Shown here piece by piece: positions 47,768 to 58,229 of a DNA stretch of 64,000 nt (the stretch's first letter is position 1; every line of letters begins with the position of its first letter). Origin of the DNA: the human T2T-CHM13v2.0 reference genome, Homo sapiens; the NCBI RefSeq assembly GCF_009914755.1, contig NC_060935.1. One strand, written 5' to 3'. The position numbers were made by a program, and so were the translations under genes. The notes under the pieces are model-generated. The model did not search any database. It was given only the letters and a program-made list of their open reading frames with translations, and was not told the DNA's origin.

Positions 47768-48229
47768 TTGCTCATTGAATATCCTTGAACATATATTTTT
47801 GCACCCTCACATGAGAATTTCTATAGGATATAGTCCTAGACATGAAAATTTCAAGTCAAGCTTATATACGTTTAAAATTTCGGTAGATTTTGCCAAATTG
47901 CCATCCCAAAAACTATACCAGTTTACACCTCCAACAGCCACTTAGACGACTATAACAGTATATTACAAGCATTTCTCTAGACTAGAATGCTCTAGCTTAG
48001 AAATCATGTGTTCTCCTAAATGTGTTCTGCCTGCCTTTACATGATGTTCTTAAAGGATTATGAAAGGTGGAGTGGTATTGTCCATTTTCCCCCTGGAGAT
48101 AACCACAGAGTCAGACTGGGCCTAGAACTCAAGTTTCCCATTCCTACTCTGCCACTTTGACTGATTCTTCAAAGGCTTTAGAACTCCAGTAAAGTCTTAT
48201 ACAGTAGCTTAAACCTGATAGTCTTGTGT

Positions 48230-49110
48230 GTTCCTTACTCACTCACCTAATATTTGTGGAGCACGTATTATATGCTAGGTACTTTGTTGGGTGTTGGGAT
48301 TATAGCAGTGAATAAGACAGACGTGATTTCTATTGCCCTTAGCATTGACAAGCTATTGGGGAAATCAGATAATTAAAGAGTATTATAAAATATGGTGAGC
48401 ATTATGAAAGAAGCTCAGGGGGGGCAGAATAAATACCAGAGGGCCTAGGAGCTGTGGACAACTCCTTTGAGAAGTTGACCTTTGAGCTTAGACTTGAAGA
48501 AAGAGTAAGAGTTAATGGTTGGGGAGTGGAAGAGCAGTCAGGGATATTTGAGCTAGAACCAATGGGACTCAGTGATGGAGTGTAGTTAGTTAGAGGGAAG
48601 AGGAAGGAGTCGGGCATCAATTCTTCATTTCAGGCTGGGGCAGCTGGGTGGATGGTGGTGCCATTTCCTCAAATAGCAGACTTAAAAGGAGGATCTGCCC
48701 AGGAGGAGATGTTGAGTTCAGATTTGGACACAATGAGTTTGAGGTGCTACATGTGAAGCATCCAGACACTGAGAAGCTCAGGAGCTCAGGAAGAGAGGTC
48801 TAAGATGGAGAAAGGTAAGAACCATCAACATGGTAATAATCATTAGTATCATAGTTCTGATATCTAGTAGCTAATTAGGGTACTTTCTGTGTGCCTGGCT
48901 TTGTGTGCACCTTAAATACTTTATGCACATTAACTCATTTAGTCTTCATAGTAACTGTAGGAAGTTATTACTGTTACTATCCCCATCTTACCTGTGAGGA
49001 ATTGTGGACACAGATGAACTTGCTCAGGGTGGCACAGCTCAGTAATGGCAGAGCTGGAATCTAAACTCAGGCTGACTTTAGACCTGTGCCCTTCACCATT
49101 GTGCTGTAAT
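48230..49110. mobile_element. L2 fragment followed by MIR
   Basis: tactcactcacctaatatttgtggagcac... and ttcagatttggacacaatgagtttgaggtg L2 signatures; MIR core about 48880-49100. Confidence 0.6.
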
Positions 49111-49147
49111 GTCTCCCGTAACATTTGAAGCCTTAAGAACGGATAAC

Positions 49148-49502
<355 letters not shown>

Positions 49503-49778
49503 TTAATTTATATCATCCTGTATTGTATCATTTTTATGTAATAAGCATTGTTCATGTGTCACTTGTGTAATTAATTTTTAAAAATATTTTTATAGAAAAA
49601 GGGTAGACCCAGGATTAGAAAGTGCATCAGCTCCATTTTTCTCCTTGGTTAAGTCTGTCATGATCTCCTACCTTTGTGTTTGTCAACAAAGATGATTCCT
49701 GAGCTTGTAAGATGGAGGCATGAGATCTCCTCCAAATACTTTAAGTCCGTAGAGCACATAAGAGGTAATAAATAACTG

Positions 49779-50233
49779 GGCCGGGCGCGGTGGCTCACGC
49801 CTGTAATCCCAGCACTTTGGGAGGCCAAGACGGGTGTATCACTTGAGGTCAGGAGTTCGAGACCAGCCTGGCCAACATGGTGAAACCCTGTCTCTACTAA
49901 AAATACAAAAATTAGCTGAGCATGGTGATGTGTGCCTGTAATCTCAGCTACTCGGGAGGCTGAGGCAGGAGAATCATTTTAACCCACAAGGCAGAGGTTG
50001 CAGTGAGTCGAGATTGCACCACTGCACTCCAGCCTGGGCAACAGAGTGGGACTCCATCTCAAAAAAAAAAAAAAAAAATTATAGCCAATGTGATGGTGTG
50101 CACCTGTAGTCCCTGCTACTTTGGGGGCTGAGGCAGGAAGAACCTGGCTGGTCGAGGCTGCAGTGAGCTGAGATGGCGCCACTGCAGTCAAGCCTGGGGT
50201 ACAAAGTGAGACCCTGTCTCAAAAAAAAAAAAA
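49779..50233 (+). mobile_element. AluS plus an extra right-arm monomer inside one 19-bp TSD
   Basis: aagaggtaataaataactg at 49760-49778 and 50233-50251. Confidence 0.85.
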
Positions 50234-50493
50234 AGAGGTAATAAATAACTGATTGATTTGTGCCTCCTCCCTTATACATCGGTTCCTTCTAATGACTCCA
50301 TCTCTTCCAACAATCCTTGTAGCAGGCAGCATGTCAGTAGTTCTGTTTTGTGTCTTCACCTAGGGAAACCACGAGCGTAAGGCAGAAAACCTGACCATGG
50401 GGATGCCCCAGGACCACCTTTCCCTGTAGGAAACAGTCTAGGGAGAGGCTGTCAGAGACAGGAACCACTGAGCCGCTTTGTGCACTTCTCCAG

Positions 50494-50658
50494 GTGTGCG
50501 ATGACTGTGTGGTGTTGCGTAGTAACATCGGAACAGTGTATGAGCGCTGGTGGTACGAGAAGCTCATCAACATGACCTACTGTCCCAAGACGAAGGTGTT
50601 GTGCTTGTGGCGTAGAAATGGCTCTGAGACCCAGCTCAACAAGTTCTATACTAAAAAG
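50494..50658 (+). CDS. MADD: MADD exon 31
   Basis: tccag|GTG TGC; [34 protein letters not shown]...FYTKK; donor AAG|gtacgc; 165 nt. Confidence 0.96.
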
Positions 50659-51087
50659 GTACGCAGGATCTGTGTTTGGGTTGGGGCTAGTAGGCATTGA
50701 AGACCAAATAGTGAATTTCTCTTTGGGAAGTTAAAATTCCAAAACACACATCTGGAGCCACACTTCTGTCTCCAGCTGTTGGGTGGAGTACCTAAAGCTG
50801 TCTCTGTCAAGCCAACTAGGCCTAATAGTAGTCACAATCGGTATTAACCAACCATATCTAGCATTCCTACACATCTGTACCCATGCCTTCTTTAAAGCCA
50901 TACTATTCATATGCTCCGGATCTATCATTCATAACCTCAACAATGAATAAGACATCCGAAAAATAGGAGGACTACTTAAAATTTTACCCCTCACTTCAAC
51001 CTCCAGCCTTCAGTGGCCATTATAGAGCAGTGGGTGGGGAACCCTGGACAGCCCTCATGATGGGACCACTCTCCCCCTGTGCCACAG

Positions 51088-51160
51088 TGTCGGGAGCTGT
51101 ACTACTGTGTGAAGGACAGCATGGAGCGCGCTGCCGCCCGACAGCAAAGCATCAAACCCG
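51088..51160 (+). CDS. MADD: MADD exon 32
   Basis: cacag|TGT CGG; [24 protein letters not shown]; donor G|gtgagg; 73 nt. Confidence 0.95.
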
Positions 51161-51293
51161 GTGAGGAGAGTTTTTCCTGAGAGTGTCTTCCCTGTTTCTA
51201 CCAGTCCTTCTGAGTGTCAGGGGCCTGGCAGGGAAGTCAGGGGTGGGATTCCCCACCTCACCAGTGAGCTGATAGCCCCCTCCCTCACCACAG

Positions 51294-51400
51294 GACCTGA
51301 ATTGGGTGGCGAGTTCCCTGTGCAGGACCTGAAGACTGGTGAGGGTGGCCTGCTGCAGGTGACCCTGGAAGGGATCAACCTCAAATTCATGCACAATCAG
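51294..51400 (+). CDS. MADD: MADD exon 33
   Basis: cacag|GA CCT GAA; [35 protein letters not shown]; donor CAG|gtaggt; 107 nt. Confidence 0.96.
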
Positions 51401-51807
51401 GTAGGTGCGAGCGGCAACACGAGGCTCCCTGTCGTTCCATCTGTAAGAAGGACCAATGTCCAAGCCCCCAGTACTTCCCCAGCAAGCATGAGAGAGGGCC
51501 CTCTGGAGCTAGAGGGAGAACTGGAGCAGCTGGACCCAGGAAAGAAACCCCAGGGGAGGGCACAGTGACGTTGGCGACCACCTGGCGCTGTGAAGGTGCA
51601 CCAGGGAGCCCGTGGGGGAGGCTGGGCAGGAGCGAGGCCAGGTGGCCACGCTGCCCCATCCGTTGGACTCCACACAGTGTGAGTGGGAGCGTCTCACTTG
51701 GCCCTTCCCCTGCAGTGTCTCTGCCTTCCTCTATTCCCAGGATATGCTTCTGCTTGGTGGTTTTGCTTTGAGAGTCTAGACTGGCCGATCTCCTTGTGTC
51801 TTTCTGG

Positions 51808-51856
51808 TGTGCGTGCAGCTTGCGTGTGCGTGCGTGCGTGCCTGCGTGCCTGTGTG
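51808..51856 (+). repeat. (TGCG/TGCC)n low-complexity repeat
   Basis: tgtgcgtgcagcttgcgtgtgcgtgcgtgcgtgcctgcgtgcctgtgtg. Confidence 0.75.
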
Positions 51857-52859
51857 TAAGTAGCTTGTATCTGTCCTCTCTGGAGTGTGTTTATTTGCCT
51901 TTTTCTTCTGCGGATTCTTCTTCCTGTTCTTTTCCTTCCTCTGAGTGTTCCCACTCTGTCCCCTGCTCCACAGGCCCCATTCCCTTTCTTTTGATTGGGG
52001 AGCACTTGTGGATACATCTTTCCCTCATTGTAATTCCACCATAGGAGCTGACTTTTTTTTTTCTCTCTTGGTCTTTTAACACAGTGTTACCTTTTTCTCT
52101 CAGTGGACATTCCTTAAGCTAATTCCTTTCTGAGGCCAGCGCATCATCCCAGGTCCGTTCACAGCTCTGACTCCTCACACAAGTGCCTTCCCTCCTCTTT
52201 CCCTGATGTCCGGGTTCCTCTCCCTGAGGCTCTGAGCCAGACCCAAATGTGTGAAGCCCCACAGACCCTGGCCAGGCCGCAGACCCTCAGGGGAGGTGGA
52301 TGCCTGACTGACGTGGCTGTCTCCCTCCCTCCGCTAGCCGTTGTAGCTCTCTTTCAGGAACGTAGCTGGGCAGCTTTGGTTTAACAGGAAATGGCTGCGC
52401 AGGCTGCCAGCAGCCCCTTAGTATATTTTCAATCTAGGACTTAGGGCAGTAGCCAACCCCAAAGACCTTAGGACCATCCCAGAGAGGGGTCTACCTAAGT
52501 GCTTTTCTGGACCACAAAGGTGTCAGTACTTTTTGGGGAGCAGACTTCTGACCACATTTTAGCGCCGTGGCCTCTGAAGATGAGATCTTGCTGAGCAACG
52601 CCCAGGTGCTCTGCCCTGTTCCTCGTCCTGCCCTTGGCATAGCCCCACTGGGCAGCCATCCAAGCCAGTCTGTGGTTGAAGGCTTGGCCCCTAGAAGATA
52701 GACTGCAGAGAAGGGGAGGAAAGCCCGGGTTCTCAATCTCACCTCACAGTTAGTAATGAGATAGCGACCTGCCCCCTATTCTGCCACACAGTGTTCAGTT
52801 GGAGTGGAGGAGGCAGCAGACCTCCTGGTGGAGCTGTGCAGTCTGGGGTAAATGGGAAA

Positions 52860-53062
52860 AGCACAGGCTTCGGTGTGAGGACATGCTTGGATTTGAAGCC
52901 CAGCTTCCACGTTCATGGGCAAAGAAACTTTCTGATCCATAGTTTCCTCATGTAGAAAATGGGGTAATACTATTTACTGTGTCACGTAGTAGGTGCAGAG
53001 ATTAGAAATCGTATTTGTAAAACCCCAAGTAGGTGCTCAGCAAGTGGTAGCTGATATTATTA
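52860..53062. mobile_element. MIR
   Basis: agtttcctcatgtagaaaatggggtaata...gtaggtgctcagcaagtggtagct. Confidence 0.65.
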
Positions 53063-53365
53063 TCACCACATACCTCTTGGGAGATCCTGGATCCTGTTTC
53101 AAGGAGGATACCAACACCTCCCACCCTGAGGACAGTCTGAGGGGAGCTTTGCGCCCGTGCCAGCCCTCTGCGCCGGAGGAGGATGCATGGAAGGGTAGAG
53201 ACCTAATGGGCTGAGTGGGGACCCCTGGGGCACTGTGTCTTACAAGCACTGCCCTGGGCAGAGGGTACGGGCGGGCAGCCCAGGCCAGCAGCAGGGCCTT
53301 CGGGTTGGGTTTGACCATTCAAACTAACGCCTTCATTTCTCTCCCATGCTTTCTCCTCCGGCCAG

Positions 53366-53374
53366 GAGCGGAAG
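53366..53374 (+). CDS. MADD: MADD 9-nt microexon (Glu-Arg-Lys) between exons 33 and 34
   Basis: Branch point ACTAAC 53323-53328, pyrimidine tract with TGC 53347-53349, then ccag|GAG CGG AAG|gtacat; phase 0/0. Confidence 0.75.
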
Positions 53375-53559
53375 GTACATGCCCTTTCTGCTATCTTCGC
53401 TTCTTAGCGCTTTTGAGTTGTGTGCGTGTGGATTCTTCTGTCCTCTCTTTGGGAAATAGACTTTCTTTGTGTGGGTGGGGCTGTAGCTGGGAGAGTGTGC
53501 TGTGTGGGGCAGGGGTGGAGCCTGTGGGCCTTACCCCGGCCTCCCTCCCTCTCTTGCAG

Positions 53560-53629
53560 GTTTTCATAGAGCTGAATCACATTAAAAAGTGCAATACAGT
53601 TCGAGGCGTCTTTGTCCTGGAGGAATTTG
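53560..53629 (+). CDS. MADD: MADD alternative exon 34 (70 nt, frame-switching)
   Basis: tgcag|GTT TTC; [23 protein letters not shown]; donor G|gtaatt. Confidence 0.94.
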
Positions 53630-55479
53630 GTAATTACACTATTTTGCTCTTAGGTCTGGACTCACATGGCAGTAACTCAAACCTCGGAGCTCCAGAGGAG
53701 GGTCTAGGGGCAGGGAGAAGAAGAACCTCTGTAGAGAAGTCAGGAGGAGCAGGAGTGACAAGGAAGAAAAGGGACCCCTGAGATGAGAGCCGGGATGTGG
53801 AAGGGAAAGATAGATAATGGATCGCAGAAGAGCAAATGGGGCCTCAGGTGGGTTTCGAGTTTAGAGGTGGTCCTGAAGCAGCTCAGTGAAGTAGCACCAC
53901 CTCCCCGTGCTGGGCCAGCCAGTGGTCAGAAAGTTTGGGACACAGCAGACTGGCGACCCCCAAGCTCCACTACGTCCATGTCACCTGCTGCAATCTCTCT
54001 AGCAGCCCAGTGCGCTAGCCAGCCTCCCTGGCGCCGCTCTGGTCTCCACCTGGCCTCTGTGCCAGACAAAGGGGCACCGGGCGTCGCAGGCAGACTCACT
54101 TGAGGGACAGAGGAGTCTAGCGGGACAGCTGTAGCCGGAAGCTGGGAGCCAGCGCTAGGGAGTGGTGTAGTGGGTTCTCACCCTGGGGCTTTGAGTTCCT
54201 GCTGTGTTTGTGCTTCATTCTTTTGTGCCCCTCATCGCTGCTATGAAAACCTTCGTTCTCCAGCAGGTAAAGTGACCTCGGCTCGTGCTGCCTCTCCCCA
54301 GGTCTCTGCCTTGGGCCCTGCCCTGGGTGGGTAGCTCCCATCGAACCAGCTCCTCACACTGCCAGCTCGTCTCTTCCTTTCTCCCCTACCCTCTTTCTTC
54401 CTACCTTGCCTCCCCCTTCTCACCGGCTCACTGGACTTTCCTCCCCGTGTGTTCCCTTCTCTCTTCTGTCAGAGAGATACTTGGGGGAATCTTCCAACTC
54501 GGGAGAATGGCCTGGGGCTTCTTGCTCTACCTTTGATGAGTTTATTCCCTGCTGACCCTGGGTTCCCCCAAATTCTACCTCCCAGGGTCAGAAGAAGGTA
54601 CGGCCAATTCTCCTCCTGCCTTTTCTGGCCCCCAGGGAGATGCCAGGCCCCTCTGCTCCCAGTCTCAAGGGGCCATGATGGTGGCTGAGCCTGGGGGGCC
54701 TACTCCTTCCTCTGGCCAAGCAGAACCCCTGCATGGCTGGAGCGGGGGGACTCTCACTCTTGCCTTCTGGGCTGTGGACATGTGTGTATTTTGCCTGATG
54801 CTCCCTGTCACCTCCCTCCCTGGGTGCTGTACTCGCCTGTCTTCTGCTGGGTGTGTTGCTCCAGAGCCCTCAGACGCTCTCCCTCACACAGGCAGGTCTG
54901 GGCTTCTCCTGCCACTCAGGGAAGGACACTGCCACATCCTGTGGGTTTATATCATGTTACCTCTTCATCCAGCCTCAAGACCCTCTGTGTAGGGGGCTGG
55001 GAATAACGGGAACTGTGTTTAACATGACCCAATTTTCAGGCTGGTGACGAGTTCACGGGTGTCTCAGCAAAGTTGGACACAAGCTAGAGAGAGCTCTCTC
55101 CTCCCAGCCAAAACCTAGGAATTCCCCACTGCAGCTCCTCAGGGGCCCTGGACAGTAGCTGTGACCAGGCTGGTGAAAGGCCCGTCCCTCCCATCCAGGG
55201 CTTTCAAAGAAGTGGGTAGAATCACGGCCATCAAGTAAAAGCCACTGCGGATGACAGAGGCCTAGCTGAGGAGGCTAGGGCCATGTCCTCCCAGCTGGCA
55301 GAGTCTGGACAGAGCCTCTGGTGGCCTCTGCCCTGTCATAGCCTAAGCTGCTGCAGCCACTGTGAGAGGCCACAGAGGGGAAGGGGACCCTGACGCCGGG
55401 CGCTGCCGCCTGGGGGAGCATGGCACGATTGCTCTTAGTGTTGAACTTTCTGTTTTGTCTCTTGCCCGTCCGGTTTTAG

Positions 55480-55526
55480 TTCCTGAAATTAAAGAAGTGG
55501 TGAGCCACAAGTACAAGACACCAATG
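55480..55526 (+). CDS. MADD: MADD exon 35 (dual frame: VPEIKEVVSHKYKTPM or FLKLKKW*)
   Basis: tttag|TT CCT GAA; donor ATG|gtgagt; 47 nt. Confidence 0.95.
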
Positions 55527-55867
55527 GTGAGTGTGCCGCTCAACCCTGATGGGCCACAGTGCGCAGGGCTCCCTGGGGGACCTTCGGACAGGAGGAGGGG
55601 AGGGCCCTCTGAGCGCACAGGGGTGAGTGGGGACCTCGTTTTGTTGCCAAAGGTTCAACTCAGGCTGAAACAGGTCTTGAGCCCTGAGAGACAGACACAC
55701 ACACACGGATCCCCTCTCCCATGGGGACAGCTTCCTTGCTTGGAGCTCACGTTTAGCCCAGAGGCCCATGCCCAGTGTTAGGGCAGGAGTTGCCCATTGG
55801 CAGATCCTTCACATATGGAGATGCAGGAGTCTCAGTATCGTGATCCGCCTGGTTTTCTCTCCTCTAG

Positions 55868-55972
55868 GCCCACGAAATCTGCTACTCCGTATTATGTCTC
55901 TTCTCGTACGTGGCTGCAGTTCATAGCAGTGAGGAAGATCTCAGAACCCCGCCCCGGCCTGTCTCTAGCTGA
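55868..55972 (+). CDS. MADD: MADD exon 36 coding part with stop
   Basis: tctag|GCC CAC; [34 protein letters not shown]; TGA 55970-55972. Confidence 0.96.
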   Translation, partial: AHEICYSVLCLFSYVAAVHSSEEDLRTPPRPVSS

Positions 55973-56833
55973 TGGAGAGGGGCTACGCAGCTGCCCCAGC
56001 CCAGGGCACGCCCCTGGCCCCTTGCTGTTCCCAAGTGCACGATGCTGCTGTGACTGAGGAGTGGATGATGCTCGTGTGTCCTCTGCAAGCCCCCTGCTGT
56101 GGCTTGGTTGGTTACCGGTTATGTGTCCCTCTGAGTGTGTCTTGAGCGTGTCCACCTTCTCCCTCTCCACTCCCAGAAGACCAAACTGCCTTCCCCTCAG
56201 GGCTCAAGAATGTGTACAGTCTGTGGGGCCGGTGTGAACCCACTATTTTGTGTCCTTGAGACATTTGTGTTGTGGTTCCTTGTCCTTGTCCCTGGCGTTA
56301 TAACTGTCCACTGCAAGAGTCTGGCTCTCCCTTCTCTGTGACCCGGCATGACTGGGCGCCTGGAGCAGTTTCACTCTGTGAGGAGTGAGGGAACCCTGGG
56401 GCTCACCCTCTCAGAGGAAGGGCACAGAGAGGAAGGGAAGAATTGGGGGGCAGCCGGAGTGAGTGGCAGCCTCCCTGCTTCCTTCTGCATTCCCAAGCCG
56501 GCAGCTACTGCCCAGGGCCCGCAGTGTTGGCTGCTGCCTGCCACAGCCTCTGTGACTGCAGTGGAGCGGCGAATTCCCTGTGGCCTGCCACGCCTTCGGC
56601 ATCAGAGGATGGAGTGGTCGAGGCTAGTGGAGTCCCAGGGACCGCTGGCTGCTCTGCCTGAGCATCAGGGAGGGGGCAGGAAAGACCAAGCTGGGTTTGC
56701 ACATCTGTCTGCAGGCTGTCTCTCCAGGCACGGGGTGTCAGGAGGGAGAGACAGCCTGGGTATGGGCAAGAAATGACTGTAAATATTTCAGCCCCACATT
56801 ATTTATAGAAAATGTACAGTTGTGTGAATGTGA

Positions 56834-56839
56834 AATAAA
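56834..56839 (+). terminator. MADD: MADD polyadenylation signal AATAAA
   Basis: AATAAA preceded by TGTA elements (56778, 56813) at the end of an ~880-nt 3' UTR. Confidence 0.88.
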
Positions 56840-57859
56840 TGTCCTCAACTCCCTTCAGGCTCCCTGGCTGCCTTGTGTTAAATGACACCTCCTCTTGGCT
56901 CAGGCCTGAGGAAAGCTATCCCTGGACTCTAAAAAGTCACCTCAGGCTGGAAGGAAGGAAGGAGATGAGGTCATCCATGTCCAAGCTTTGGCACACGGAG
57001 GCCCCAGCTCCCCTGTTCTGGGCTCCTAGAGCAAGGCTGCGGGAGGAGCTTTCCTTCCTGGGCACCTGAGGGCCCTGCAGAGAGCTGGGCTGCCATGAAT
57101 GAACAGGCTGCTAGAGGGAGCAGCCAGACTGGGCGTCCTCACCTGAACTGAGATTAAGTGAAAGAAAGCCAAGGCCCTGGCCCTCTCCGTTCCCTTACAG
57201 GTGGGTATGGTCGAGAGAGGTGTGGTGATTCAGCCAGGGCCTCCCACAGGGCCCCGGACTCCTGGCCAGGAGTGTCTTCCACTGCATAGAACTCCCAGAA
57301 GCTCCCCTAGGAGCTGCCTTCATGGAATTCTGTCCTGGAAAAACCTGGCTGCACTCAGGGAATTTGAGACCTGCTGGCTTCCCGCGCCCAAAAGGAAACA
57401 GATGCTTGGATTTAGGCTCCCCATGGGGGAAGTGAGAGCAGAGTGGGGCCCTGGCCCTGACACCTTTCTGGTGCCCAGCGTCCTGGACTGGATTGGGTTG
57501 CTGTCTCCCACCGGGGATATGGGTCTGAACCCGCTGCTGGCTTATTGCTGGCTGGGACTCCAAAGCCACCTAGTGCAGCTCCACCCCAGCACAATCACAA
57601 CACTGAGATTCTGCCTCACCCCACCTCCAGGCGGTTGTGACCACGGCCCCTGGCACAAGGATCACGCTGAGCACCTGAGACCAGTTAAATGCACTTTCCG
57701 CTGTCACAGCTCAGTTTCATCATCTGAAGAGTGAATGCTGTAGGGGAAGACAGGTTCCTTCTAGCGTTAATGTTTTATGAACTCAGAAACCACTCTGGGC
57801 CTGGTTTAATCATCGGGAAAACAAAACAAAAAACAGTATCTGCTCTCACTTTGCTGTGA

Positions 57860-58177
<318 letters not shown>

Positions 58178-58229
58178 ATCCCCTGTGCATTTTTATGAAA
58201 ACAGGCACACCGAAATTGAGAAGAGTGAG

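Noticed and set aside
53630-53781. Exon-34 frame stays open about 50 codons into intron 34 (GNYTILLLG...RKKRDP*)
   Set aside because: Could be an intron-retention tail, but I saw no nearby poly(A) signal and such lengths are expected by chance in GC-rich DNA
53990-54165. Local CpG-enriched patch with CCGGAAG (ETS-like) and an imperfect CTCF-like motif
   Set aside because: Too short for a CpG island and the CTCF match needs a gap; unsupported without chromatin data
55970-56053. Stop-codon readthrough or selenocysteine recoding at the MADD TGA
   Set aside because: Context is TGA-TGG, not TGA-CTAG, and I could not identify a convincing SECIS fold
57195-57734. 177-aa and 124-aa ORFs in the MADD-MYBPC3 intergenic gap
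   Set aside because: Non-ATG or weak starts, compositionally random peptides, no promoter or splice support; the 3' end runs into MIR-like sequence
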